Part shown: piece after piece, positions 1-10,587 of the stretch
Numbering within the stretch: position 1 is the first letter of the stretch
Layout: each line of letters opens with the position of its first letter
NCBI GenBank assembly: GCA_030867685.1
Contig: JAQOWU010000001.1
Coordinates: forward strand, 930,001 to 994,000
DNA: 64,000 nucleotides
Source of the DNA: Wickerhamiella versatilis
Lineage: Eukaryota
Reading direction: 5' to 3'
The notes under the pieces: model-generated
Seen by the model: the letters and a program-made list of their open reading frames with translations, nothing else
What the model was told of the DNA's origin: nothing
Database searches by the model: none
Translations under genes and position numbers: made by a program

Positions 1-415
1 TAGGAGACGAATAGAAGGTAAGACTTTTGGTTCGATTACTTCACTAAAAACAGAAGCAATATCGTACTTATCCGTAATGTCAAAACATTCGCAAATATTT
101 CCATACATGTTCAGAGATACAGTCGGCTCCTTAATAAATACTTTACTTGGGTCAGTCGGTAGACGGAGCTCACGTCCATTATAGCTAACCACAATGCTAT
201 CATTTTCGATTGCTGTGTTAACTAAAACAAGACGAGGTTCCTGACGCTGATTGAACGTCACCCATGGATCATCGTTACTTTTAGAAACCGTGGCCAGAGT
301 ATATAAACGATCATACTTGAACCCATAATCATCTATCATACTCTCCTTCACCTCAACCCCCTTGAGGGACTTCACAGGATGTATGAAAATCTGGGATACA
401 TGCATCGCAGAACAA

Positions 416-804
416 GATAATTAGCAATATTTTGCTCCAATTAAGAACTGTCTATTAATAATTTAGGCGCTGGGTATATGAATTAGCAAGAGATGAGATA
501 ATCATGACAACCGATATGAAGTATCATAAGTTTATATCAGAGTGAGAGCAATGGAAGTCAATGGAAAGCATATCGACTGACAATTATAATGAGTAGTAGC
601 TACTGATAAGCTCGATTTGCCACGTGGAGACAGTTTCCTATCTTATGTGAGTTGAGTGATATTAGTGGTTGTTTCCATTCTGTTGCTGAAAACCCTTTTT
701 ATGTTTCTGCGATTATGTGATTATACGGAAAATCAAGCGAGTTCTTGGTGATTCCAGTACTCTATACGAAAATAACCCTGGTGCTGCTCTGCCTCTCCCT
801 TATC
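416..804. promoter_or_regulatory. Cluster of GATA elements plus an E-box upstream of the MFS gene
   Basis: GATAA at 416 and 497, GATAAG at 605, CTTATC at 799, CACGTG at 621. Fits nitrogen-catabolite (GATA factor) control, which is typical of Dal5-family permeases. Confidence 0.35.
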
Positions 805-853
805 TATATTGCTTCGTAATCGTGATTTGTCAGGTCTGATTCTTTCAATAGTG

Positions 854-2389
854 ATGCAGCAAACTGAAGGCTCACGAATTTCTGTGAGTAACTACCAATT
901 TGCTAATTCTGACTACAGTGATGAATACGGTAGAGATGATAAGAAAGACCTGCAGGTTGTACGGGGCTCTAGTGTGGATTCTGGCGAGCAAGTTGACGTA
1001 GTCTTTGTGACGGACCATAAGGCTGAAAGGAAATTATGTCGAAAGTTTGACATAAGAATTCTTCCAGTATTAACCTTGATGTATCTTTTTAATGCTCTGG
1101 ATAAAGGTAACCTGGGGAATGCCAAAACTGACCATATGGATACAGATTTAAATTTCAAAGACAATCAGTACAATATTTTACTGTCAGTATTTTATATACC
1201 ATACGTTCTCTCTGCTCCCTTCTTCTCGATACTGGCAAAGAAGTATGGACCGAATCACGGTATGGCACTGATGATGTTTGTATTTGGTTCGATGACTATC
1301 CTAAATGCAGCGGTTCACAACTGGGGTGGCACGATGGCACTTAGATGGTTTCTGGGAATGGCAGAGTCTGCTTTTTTCCCTACAGTTATATACTACTTGA
1401 CAACATTCTATCGTCGTGGAGAGCTAGGGCGTCGGCTCTCGGTGTTCTATGCTGGCTTTAATATAGCCAACGCATTTTCAGGACTTATTGCATATGGAGT
1501 TTTTCAGATAGACGTGAAGTGGAATTGGAGGTACCTTTTCATCATTGAAGGTGGTGGCGCAATCTTGTTCTCTATCTTTGCGTGGTTTTACCTCCCAGCC
1601 AGTGCCGCAAAGGCTGCCTTCTTAACCGAGGAAGAAAGAGATTTAGCAATCCATCGTATTGAGATGGACAGTTCATCTACTGTCGATGAAAAGATGGTGC
1701 TCAAGGATTCTCTTGCCATATTCAAGGACCTGAGCACTTATGGATTCTTGGCCATAGAAATATGTGTTGGCGTACCACTTCAATCAGTTGGCCTATTTCT
1801 TCCTCAGATTGTGGCTGCCCTTGGATATGGGACAGTAAAGACTAATTTATATACCGTCGCACCGAATATTACAGGAGCAGTGGTACTTGTAATACTATCA
1901 TTTTCTTCAGACCTGTGCAGGATACGATTCCCCTTCATCGCAGTTGCTTTTATGCTTACCGTTATCGGGTTCGTTATATTTGCTGCAGTTCCTCTAACCT
2001 CTTCTGCCGCGTACTTTAGTTGCTTTATGATGACATGGGGTTTAGCAGCCCCTTCTGTTCTGTTGTCAACCTGGTACAATAATAATTTGGCACAGGAGGG
2101 TAAACGCGTCATGCTGACAAGTATCGGCGTGCCACTCGCAAACGTAATGGGTCTGGTCAGCAGTAATATCTTTCTCGATAAAGATAAACCTAAATACCTG
2201 CCCGCACTGATAACCACGGCAGGTTTTGGAGTCTGCGGAGCTATTATTACACTTCTAATGGGTCTCTATATGCTATCCGATAATAAAAAGAGAGACTACA
2301 AAGAAGGTAAAGTAATGTTGGCCCGGGAGATTCCAACTGAATTATTACGGCAAGGACCTAGATCTAATAATTTTAGATGGTGGTTGTGA
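854..2389 (+). CDS. MFS transporter, anion:cation symporter (Dal5/Tna1-like) family
   Basis: About 12 hydrophobic helices; motifs ERKLCRKFDIRILP, LDKGNLGNA, LRWFLGMAESAFFP, WRYLFIIEG. The track start at 809 is TTG; the first in-frame ATG is at 854. Confidence 0.9.
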   Translation: MQQTEGSRISVSNYQFANSDYSDEYGRDDKKDLQVVRGSSVDSGEQVDVVFVTDHKAERKLCRKFDIRILPVLTLMYLFNALDKGNLGNAKTDHMDTDLNFKDNQYNILLSVFYIPYVLSAPFFSILAKKYGPNHGMALMMFVFGSMTILNAAVHNWGGTMALRWFLGMAESAFFPTVIYYLTTFYRRGELGRRLSVFYAGFNIANAFSGLIAYGVFQIDVKWNWRYLFIIEGGGAILFSIFAWFYLPASAAKAAFLTEEERDLAIHRIEMDSSSTVDEKMVLKDSLAIFKDLSTYGFLAIEICVGVPLQSVGLFLPQIVAALGYGTVKTNLYTVAPNITGAVVLVILSFSSDLCRIRFPFIAVAFMLTVIGFVIFAAVPLTSSAAYFSCFMMTWGLAAPSVLLSTWYNNNLAQEGKRVMLTSIGVPLANVMGLVSSNIFLDKDKPKYLPALITTAGFGVCGAIITLLMGLYMLSDNKKRDYKEGKVMLAREIPTELLRQGPRSNNFRWWL

Positions 2390-3380
2390 TATAAATCATT
2401 AGCGTGTCCATAAGAAATAAAGGCTTCTCTTTTAGTTACTGACTTCAGAGAAAACAATTGGATTTCGAGTGGAACCATTCGTTCCAGTGATTCTTAAATT
2501 CAAGAGCTTTACATATTGCTTAAAAATTGCTAGATAAAAAGGATTCGAGCTTATTAAAGACCTACTGTGCCAATATGAAATATACTGATATCATTGATAA
2601 ACTTGATTTCCTGACAATCAAACGACAATATGTAGTTGGAAAAAGTTATTTGTATATAGCTAGTTACAAGTCAAACGTTGGGGTGGTATACTGCCACGTT
2701 TGAGTTTCTCAATAGCCCCGTACTACTTTGTCATCTTTGATACCTATACAAAAAAAAGTGAAATATATCTATTTTTCTCAATAATAAGATGTAAAGCACG
2801 CAAAATTAGTTTAAAGCCTTGTTTGAAAGGTTTTGACGGTTGGAAAATTCCACCTGTCAAACGAACCCTGTCTTTATTGCTGGGGAATCTCGCATTACTC
2901 TTCGAATTGCGGGTGGATAAGAAAAAAGTTGATGCGAGGGTACCACGGACGCAGTAGTATTTCCTGCATACAGATAGTTAGGTTTTTTTTTGAAAAAAAA
3001 CATTTACCCATAGGCTCAATCAAAGATTGCTTTTTACTGGAATAGCTTTATATCTAAACATAAGGGACAAATGCGTCAATCCATTTCATCACGCTATATT
3101 ATCTTAAGTGGGTAAGCCTTCCAATGACCGTCTGGTCAATCTCATTATACCTCGAATAGCGCGTGTGACCCTCAAGATTAGAGCTGTTTGGAAAGATATG
3201 CGTAATTGGCTGGTTAATGTGGCACCTATGTTGAATTACCAACAAACGGAACTCTGCGTATGCCTCCGAATAGCATTGGCCTGACCCTGATATTCTCGAC
3301 GAATGAACTAGTCTAAAGTTATGTGGAACGTAGACGCTGGCACATTACTACTAAGGCACTAATGATATCTTGAATTTCCT

Positions 3381-4796
3381 ATGTCGTGCACATCACTAAG
3401 GAAATTGATACTACTAGCATCAATTGAGGAACTTTCGAGAAGTAAAGGAATTGTCGACAGTCACTACTTGTGTAATCTAAGCCCGAGGTTAAGCTTTTCC
3501 GGTATCACTTTCGGGAATATCTCGAAGGAAGCAATTCAGATTATGATGCAGAATCCGAGGAATTTTTTTCCTTGGAAGCGCTTCTTTTTGGCAGTGGGTG
3601 CTATATTTCTCATGCTTCAAATCGTTGTCTTAGGTGATATGCTTTATATGTATGGCAGTCAGTTCCAACAGTCTAGTCGCATTCACAATCTCAAGCTGTT
3701 ATATGTTGATTATGATAACGACGTCGTTGGAAAGTCTGTGATGGATGCATATGATATTCTTCGCAGCGACAGTTTCCCTACTGTTCAACAGGTACTTGAA
3801 ACCGACTATCCCAATCCTGCCGACGTCCGCAAAGCTGTTTGCCAAGGTGATTATTGGGGTGCAATATATGCAAAACCCGGGGCCTCTGAGAATCTTGCTG
3901 TATCTCTCAATGGCGATGGAAATAATAGCAACCGAACGGAACTCTGCTATATCTGGAACGGCGCTCGCTATTCTTCTATAGCTGCCAGCGCTATTCGCTC
4001 TAATATTCTTGCTTTGATTCAAGCAACACGCTCAATGTATTATAAAAATAATGCTTCTGCTGTCATCACGTCTGCACCGCTGAATAGCAACCCAGATGCA
4101 TTGAACGCTTTTCTTGATCCTATCCAGGCTACAGAGATCAATATAAAAACCACTGAACAAGGTCCCAGGACTCTTTATAATACTGTAACCTTGCTGATAA
4201 TAATTCTCCCACAATTCTTTTTCGTAATGGCCTTGAATGGCATATCGGCCAAGTTTGAGTTTAACTCTCGCGTGGGAGTATTGCCTGATATCGTGTTTCG
4301 AATGTGCATGTCGTTGATTTATACTTTTATTGGAGGTCTGGCTATGATTGGATTTATTTGGGCATTCCGAGAATCCTGGAACGTCCAAGGTAGTCAGTTC
4401 ATGCTCAGCTGGATGGTTATATGGCTGGCTATGCATATCAGCTACCTTTTCTACGATATCACTACTGCATGCCTTCCGTTGATTTTTGTGCCAGTAATTG
4501 TATTAACAACAATACTTATAAGTATATCGAGCACTATTTCTCCTTTCGAGTTGAGTGCAGGGTTTTACCGCTGGGGCTACGCATTACCCGGCCATGAATT
4601 GTACCAAGTGCTAGTACAAATATGGACAGATGGCTGTGATAACCATCTTTATCGTGCGCTTCCCATCCTCTTCTCCTGGTGGATTGTATTTCTGGTTATT
4701 GCGCCAGCTGCTATGCGCTATCGTGTTTTGCAAGCACATCGGGAAACTGCAACCAGCAATCAAAAGGAAGGCACTGGAAATGAGGCTAACAGTTAA
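3381..4796 (+). CDS. SNG1-like (DUF3533) membrane protein, nitrosoguanidine-resistance family; true start may be 3543
   Basis: N-terminal TM, lumenal domain (LYVDYD, YWGAIY, YIWNGARY), then about 6 TMs ending FYRWGYALPGH, which is the SNG1 family layout. Confidence 0.8.
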   Translation: MSCTSLRKLILLASIEELSRSKGIVDSHYLCNLSPRLSFSGITFGNISKEAIQIMMQNPRNFFPWKRFFLAVGAIFLMLQIVVLGDMLYMYGSQFQQSSRIHNLKLLYVDYDNDVVGKSVMDAYDILRSDSFPTVQQVLETDYPNPADVRKAVCQGDYWGAIYAKPGASENLAVSLNGDGNNSNRTELCYIWNGARYSSIAASAIRSNILALIQATRSMYYKNNASAVITSAPLNSNPDALNAFLDPIQATEINIKTTEQGPRTLYNTVTLLIIILPQFFFVMALNGISAKFEFNSRVGVLPDIVFRMCMSLIYTFIGGLAMIGFIWAFRESWNVQGSQFMLSWMVIWLAMHISYLFYDITTACLPLIFVPVIVLTTILISISSTISPFELSAGFYRWGYALPGHELYQVLVQIWTDGCDNHLYRALPILFSWWIVFLVIAPAAMRYRVLQAHRETATSNQKEGTGNEANS

Positions 4797-6253
4797 GAAC
4801 AAAATGTGTCCAATTCTCACACCATTAGAAAAACTAGGTTTCCTATGGCAGTCTATCCTACCGAATATAGGAGTTTTTGCTTGCGTGGTCTCAGAATTGG
4901 TATGGACACGAAGAAATTGCATTTTAGTAGCATATATCACATCCTCTTACTTATCAATTAAGCATTAATTTATCTTATGACCTTTGGATTGACAGCCTAC
5001 TGTTACCATACTAATATTCCCATATATATCATGTCTTCCTACTACCACAAACAACGTAACAGTAGTCTAAAGTCAGTCGGAAGTGGGGTGCCCAAGGGTT
5101 AGTTTGAGCCTGATTATTTTGATCAAAGAAGCAGTTTCCGAGATGAGTCTGCCATTGATAAAAATACCGCTGTATCTTGTCGGCGAGATGTTCTTCTAGC
5201 TCGATATCGTAACACATAGAAACAAGAAAAGAAGCTCATAGCCGAGAAATGCATTACGTATAAGACATTTGTAAGGGGAGGAATAAGATAAAGTTTCATA
5301 TTCCATACTAGTGCCATTGAATTTTCTACAACAGATAGTCGTACAAGAAAACAAAGCTGGCAAAAAAAAACTTCTCATTGTTCTAAAAGACCCTTTCATG
5401 GTACATATTAAACATTTCTCTGTTTCACAAGATTAAAACAGGCTTGTTCAGGTCAATAAGATAGTATTACAGTATTAATCTTTTTTTGGTGAGAAACTGA
5501 CTAGGGGGACTAAGTAGCAAAACCCAGACAAAGAACAAACGAATGGTCATGAACCGTACACTATGACTCGCCGACTATTGCGCATGAGAAGTTCAGATGG
5601 TTGTGCGATGCAGGAAGTGTACACGAGACAAGATCATACCTATTAGGGCAAATAAGGCAGCACTTAATAAGAAAGAGCGCTGATATCAGAATTACAGAGG
5701 AGAAGAAGCCCTGGATACGAAACAGGATTCTGAATAGAGCTTACTATGGGGAGGAAGCAGCCACAAGTGAAAAAGGGCAGCATTCCATGCCACAAAAAAA
5801 ACCTATTACTTGTCTCACGGGTGGTACCAGGAGTGATAACGAAGTCTAAAGCCATGCTCTGGGCCAATTGATGGAAACCTATAAGTCGGCATGGGGCCGC
5901 ATAGCTCATATTCATCCTGGCGAAGAGAGCTGCATTGGGTTGCTAACACCACGACTCCAGGCAGAGGAAGCGGGAGATAAAGATAACCCCGACCAAGGAA
6001 ATGTCGCTTACGTATGACATGGGTGGACAAGCTAGACAAGCCTATTTCTTTGGTTGAGGCTAGTAACCTGGTTATTTTGGATACACAGGATTTAAAAATT
6101 TATCCAAGGAATAAGGAATCTGTATATACTGTTCTCGCTACTATCGACCGAGGCCAGCGCATCAAACCCTGTGTAAGCAGTAATACCTATGTTCCTTACC
6201 CTATTCACATGTCATGTTTATAGAGAGAGATAAGCTAAGCAAAGTTCTTCCTC

Positions 6254-7459
6254 ATGGGAGGTGAATCTATACATGTTCACTTCAATAGACCGGAGGGTAG
6301 AGAATGGTATTCTGATGGTGATTTGGTTTCCGGTACCATAACCATATATCTTGAGAAGGACATCACTGTACGCAACATCTCAGCCAAACTGTCGTGCCAG
6401 GAAACTGCTACGGTAAGATGGTCAGAACAACACTTTAATCCCCAAACAGGAAGAACGGCAACAAGGAGTCGTCATGACACTAGAACGTTCAGCCACCATG
6501 GACATAGAAACATAATTTTTCCTGACCGCGAACTTATGAAAATGAGCACTGGGGATGGATGGAGTATGCGTGCAGGGATGCATGAATTCCCTTTTCAATT
6601 TACCGTCCCTTATCTGAATGATATACCACCGTCTTGGAACTCCGTCGACCTGGAGATATTATGGGGTGTTGTGGTGCATATTGATAAACCGGGTTTCTTT
6701 CACCAGGACAAAACCAGGTACTTCAAAATATTAGTTTTTCCACGACATTATCCTTCCCAGGAAATGCTCTGGGGAAGCTACAAGAGTACTGGGAAACTAA
6801 AAGCGCACCTTCCCGGTTTCAAACGAGGCCTGGGTAGGCTGTTTGATTCGGAACACAAAACGAAGATTTGGGCTGAGCTAGAGTTATCTTATCCCGATAG
6901 TGGTATCAACCCCCGAGATCCTTCTCATTTTAGGATAAATGTGGAGACGGCCCGGCCAGAGTTGGCTATAGTTAAGTCGGCTGAAGTGCGCGTGAATGCC
7001 CACATCCACTTAAATATTGGGTTTCATAGTAACTGGTACATGAGCTCTTTCAGCCTCGGTCATCTCAAAGATGTTGGTCTTGAGCCAGAAGGACCGACGG
7101 ATATCTCTCATTTAATGACACACTTCAATGCCTGGAACAAAATTCTCATCCCTGCTGCATTTCGTGGAGCATTCTGCACGGTTACCTACACCGTGGAAGC
7201 AAGAGTGAAGCTGAAGGAGAAGTTGAAACAAGAAAGTAAGTTTGGGCACTCTGAGAGATTAGCCATCGACAACAGCTGCCTTATACTCTCACCATCGCAA
7301 ATATCCAGCCCCGGGCAGGAAAATACATGCTGCTCTGTAACAGAGGAGCTTTACGCTAAACACTACAAGGACGAAGCCACGATAGACAAGAAAGAGAATT
7401 ACGCCCTTCCAGGAAAAAAAGGTTCTAGCTCTGACCCACCACCTGCCTATCACCAGTAA
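6254..7459 (+). CDS. Alpha-arrestin-like adaptor
   Basis: YSDGDLVSGTI, GMHEFPFQFTVP, PPSW arrestin-N motifs; C-terminal PPAY (PY) motif. Confidence 0.85.
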   Translation: MGGESIHVHFNRPEGREWYSDGDLVSGTITIYLEKDITVRNISAKLSCQETATVRWSEQHFNPQTGRTATRSRHDTRTFSHHGHRNIIFPDRELMKMSTGDGWSMRAGMHEFPFQFTVPYLNDIPPSWNSVDLEILWGVVVHIDKPGFFHQDKTRYFKILVFPRHYPSQEMLWGSYKSTGKLKAHLPGFKRGLGRLFDSEHKTKIWAELELSYPDSGINPRDPSHFRINVETARPELAIVKSAEVRVNAHIHLNIGFHSNWYMSSFSLGHLKDVGLEPEGPTDISHLMTHFNAWNKILIPAAFRGAFCTVTYTVEARVKLKEKLKQESKFGHSERLAIDNSCLILSPSQISSPGQENTCCSVTEELYAKHYKDEATIDKKENYALPGKKGSSSDPPPAYHQ

Positions 7460-8217
7460 TCATAATGAAGCTTTGAGCTATATTTTGGACTGCTGCATAA
7501 GGATGAAAAAATTTGAAGGAAAAGTCGGCTCCAAGCAAGACAGTACAGGTCGTGTGTGTGGCGAAGAGAGCCACATTAGAGGCTATAAGACAAGCTTTAT
7601 GGCAAAAAGAGAGGAAGATAAGCAAAAAAATCTTTTATGTGCACGTTTACGATAATAAAACCCTATGACGGATGCCTGAACAAGCCCACCTTTATTAAAT
7701 CACAAGTGCCGGGCAAGTTCGCTTCTTTGCATAACCTCATAAGAAAACCTAATAAATAATAAGTGCAAAGATCGTGGAGTCCTTCGTTGCTTCATATAGC
7801 TTAGAGGGGACTTACACGTGATAATGAAGCCATTTATCATGATATCTCACAATTTTTCACAAGCAGTGCAGCACAGGCCATTAAGTGCTAACCTTGAAAT
7901 GGGTGATCCCTCACCTGTCATTTACACACAGCATGGGTTTTAGTGCACAGAGCTATTTGGACTTTTACAGATTGTCACCAATGCCATAGCGAGACAGGCG
8001 TAGATTCTGATAACGTTAGATACCAGACCTGAAACCTGATTGGGGTAAGGGCTGTTGACGCCATCGCCAGTGCCGCTAGGTGATCTCGGTACTCCGAGTA
8101 GCGCAATCCGGCGCGCCGAAATAGGCTTAGGGTTATAAACGAACAGGATATATGTGACGAGCTTATAAGTGCGCTTCCACTGCCTCACTTAAGCTTGTGA
8201 AATTATCTTGATTTAAA

Positions 8218-9069
8218 ATGACTATCGCCGTTACTGGAGCAAACGGCAACCTGGGTAGGCTTGTGATCTCAAAGTTGAAGGAAGAGGTCTCTGCTAGCGA
8301 CATCGTTGCTTTAGCACGCACTCCTTCAAAGGCAAGTGATTTAGGTGTGACGGTAAGACCGTTCGACTATTCCAAGCCAGAAGGTCCGAAGGACAGTCTT
8401 GGAGGAGTTGAGAAGCTTCTCCTTATTTCAAGTAGTGAAGTCGGCCAGCGCACACCACAGCATTTGAACGTTCTTAAGGCAGCCAAGGAGGCTGGAGTTA
8501 AGCTCTTGGTTTACACCAGTTTGCTGCACGCAGACACATCTGAGCTTAGCCTTGCCCCGGAACATCGCGAGACAGAGGCCGCTATCAAGGAAAGTGGCAT
8601 TCCATACATCATCCTGCGTAATGGCTGGTATACTGAGAACTACACCTTGTCAATTGCGCCTGCAGTAGAGCACGGTGCTTACATCGGTGCTGCAAAGGAA
8701 GGAAAGATCTCCTCGGCAACCCGTAAAGACCTAGCTGATGCCGCAGTAAAGGCTCTTATCAGTGATGTGCCAACTGGCAGCATTCTTGAGCTCGCCAACG
8801 ATTCATTCTATACGTTGAAAGATTTTGCCGCGGAATTGTCGAAGCAGACCGGTAAAGAGATTCCTTATGTTGACCTTGGCGAGGAAAAATATGGCGAGGC
8901 TCTGGAACAAGCTGGTCTGCCAGGCTGGTTGGCCAAAGCCATTGCCGGCTGGGATGTCAAGATTGCTGATGGCGCGGTCTTTGACGATAGCAAGACCTTA
9001 TCGAAGCTAATTGGCCGTCCCACTACATCCTATGCTAAGGCTATTGAGGACACTCTTGCTCAGCAGTAA
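8218..9069 (+). CDS. NAD(P)H quinone oxidoreductase 2 (YtfG/QorB-like, NmrA family), bacterial type
   Basis: GANGNLG Rossmann motif; GVEKLLLISSSEVGQR, YTSLLHADTS, LRNGWY, FDDSKTLSKLIG match E. coli YtfG/QorB as recalled. Confidence 0.9.
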   Translation: MTIAVTGANGNLGRLVISKLKEEVSASDIVALARTPSKASDLGVTVRPFDYSKPEGPKDSLGGVEKLLLISSSEVGQRTPQHLNVLKAAKEAGVKLLVYTSLLHADTSELSLAPEHRETEAAIKESGIPYIILRNGWYTENYTLSIAPAVEHGAYIGAAKEGKISSATRKDLADAAVKALISDVPTGSILELANDSFYTLKDFAAELSKQTGKEIPYVDLGEEKYGEALEQAGLPGWLAKAIAGWDVKIADGAVFDDSKTLSKLIGRPTTSYAKAIEDTLAQQ

Positions 9070-9180
9070 GTTAATACGTATCAAGTGGAAAAAGTAGAAA
9101 AAAAATAATTAATCCTTTAGCAAGCAGTTGTAGCTATGTTTAGCCCAGAAGAGACTTCAGGCAGTTTTGCTCCATCAAAA

Positions 9181-9194
9181 TATATATATATATA
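9181..9194. terminator. (TA)7 tract in the 133-bp gap between convergent genes; likely shared 3'-end efficiency element
   Basis: tatatatatatata between stops at 9069 and 9203; TATATA is the yeast polyadenylation efficiency element and is self-complementary. Confidence 0.4.
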
Positions 9195-9202
9195 TTCTAA
9201 AC

Positions 9203-10036
9203 CTATAGTGCCAGCTGTGAAGGAATATCACCAAACTGGAAACTAGTGACTGCAGCACCCTGCATAAAACTATCTTCATGATAAATGCTTTTTGCTAAAT
9301 CGCCCTCAGCTGCTCCAGCAGCAACCATGATGGGAATGAAGTGGTCCTCGTGGGGATGCGCATACCGGGCACCCGGAGCCAGTTCCCAGTTTATTAGGCT
9401 ATTCAGGCGTTTCTCAGGTGGCATATCAATAACCGTCGTTCTAAGCCAATCATCAAACATCTCTGACTCTTTATGTAACGAGCCTGACATTAATGCTCGT
9501 AAGTTGTGGAAGCTTAGACCACTTCCAATGATCAAAACACCTTCATCACGCAATGGGGCAAGGAGTTTTCCCACCTTAACATGGGTTTCCGGATCACAAT
9601 TACGTTGAACCGATAATTGGACAATAGGCTTGTCCTCGTTAGGGCATAATATCTTCATTAGACTGAACGTCCCATGATCATAGCCTCGGGTTGGATCGAG
9701 TCCAGTTGGCATTCCACCTTCTTTTAACAAGTCAAATACTCGTTGTGCAACTTTTGGAGACCCAGGAGCACGGTACTTAATCTTATACGTTTCTGGAGGA
9801 AAGCCATAGTAGTCATATACCATCCCGGGGTGGGCACCTGATGATATCATGAACTTGTCCTCCTCCCAGTGGGCAGTGACTACAAGTACGGTACGCACTC
9901 GTCCCATGATCTCGCTACTTAGCTTAACAAGTGATTTCTCAAGCTCATTGAACATACCACCCATAGGGGTATTCTTGAGCCATGGCCAAGGCCCCCCGCC
10001 GTGGGATAGAAAATACGTGGGAAGTTGATGCTTCAT
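9203..10036 (-). CDS. Class III extradiol ring-cleavage dioxygenase (LigB/DODA/YgiD family)
   Basis: LPTYFLSHGGGPWP, TAHWE, YDYYGFP, GYDHG, IGSGLSFHNL, HPHEDHFIP metal and catalytic motifs. Confidence 0.92.
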   Translation of the reverse strand: MKHQLPTYFLSHGGGPWPWLKNTPMGGMFNELEKSLVKLSSEIMGRVRTVLVVTAHWEEDKFMISSGAHPGMVYDYYGFPPETYKIKYRAPGSPKVAQRVFDLLKEGGMPTGLDPTRGYDHGTFSLMKILCPNEDKPIVQLSVQRNCDPETHVKVGKLLAPLRDEGVLIIGSGLSFHNLRALMSGSLHKESEMFDDWLRTTVIDMPPEKRLNSLINWELAPGARYAHPHEDHFIPIMVAAGAAEGDLAKSIYHEDSFMQGAAVTSFQFGDIPSQLAL

Positions 10037-10587
10037 CTCGGCTTAGTAAGCTGGGTTGGGATAGTTTAGGGAAATCAGGCGTCAGGCACCTTTTATGAAT
10101 CTGTTATATGGGGCGAGATTGCATAATCATCGGAGTACCGTGATAACAAACAGTATGTCAAATATTCAGTTTTTGAAAAAATAATGAAAAAGAACTAGAA
10201 ACCTTAGATGAATTACTTGCTAGGATATTACGGTCCGGGGGCCCACTGGCCCACAGGCCCAGCTGCACGCCCGCTGCCTCAACGGAGCTCCCAGAATTGC
10301 TCCATGCCGATTCCATGCATAATTAGTTCCCGATGGCCTAATTTTTTGCCAGATTATCACCGAATAAAAAAAGCAAAGAAAGACTCGGTTAAAAGTCACT
10401 CGCGCCTTATTGTCGACGAAAGGGGAATGGTTTGGAGGGCGTCATGAGGGGAGGGATTCCAGCATCTCAATCGAGCCTCAACGGCTTGATTATAAACATT
10501 AATAATATTAGCAATCTTAATAACAAGAGGAATCTGAACAAGTTAAAACAGTGACCTGTCCAAAATCTCAAGTTTAAGCTCATCATA

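Noticed and set aside
809-853. Non-ATG N-terminal extensions given by the track (also at 19112, 21831, 33568, 41391, 55968, 58717, 61661)
   Set aside because: Eukaryotic context; downstream ATGs give sensible signal peptides or domain starts.
5601-6017. About 140-codon plus-strand frame with one internal stop; RQHLIRK...WIRNRILNR...SMPQ faintly recalls a LINE reverse transcriptase
   Set aside because: No KAFD, GxPQG or YADD motif; the similarity is within chance and cannot be supported without a profile search.
9203-10036. Betalain pigment pathway
   Set aside because: A DODA-family fold alone is insufficient; no tyrosinase or P450 is nearby and the family has broad substrates.
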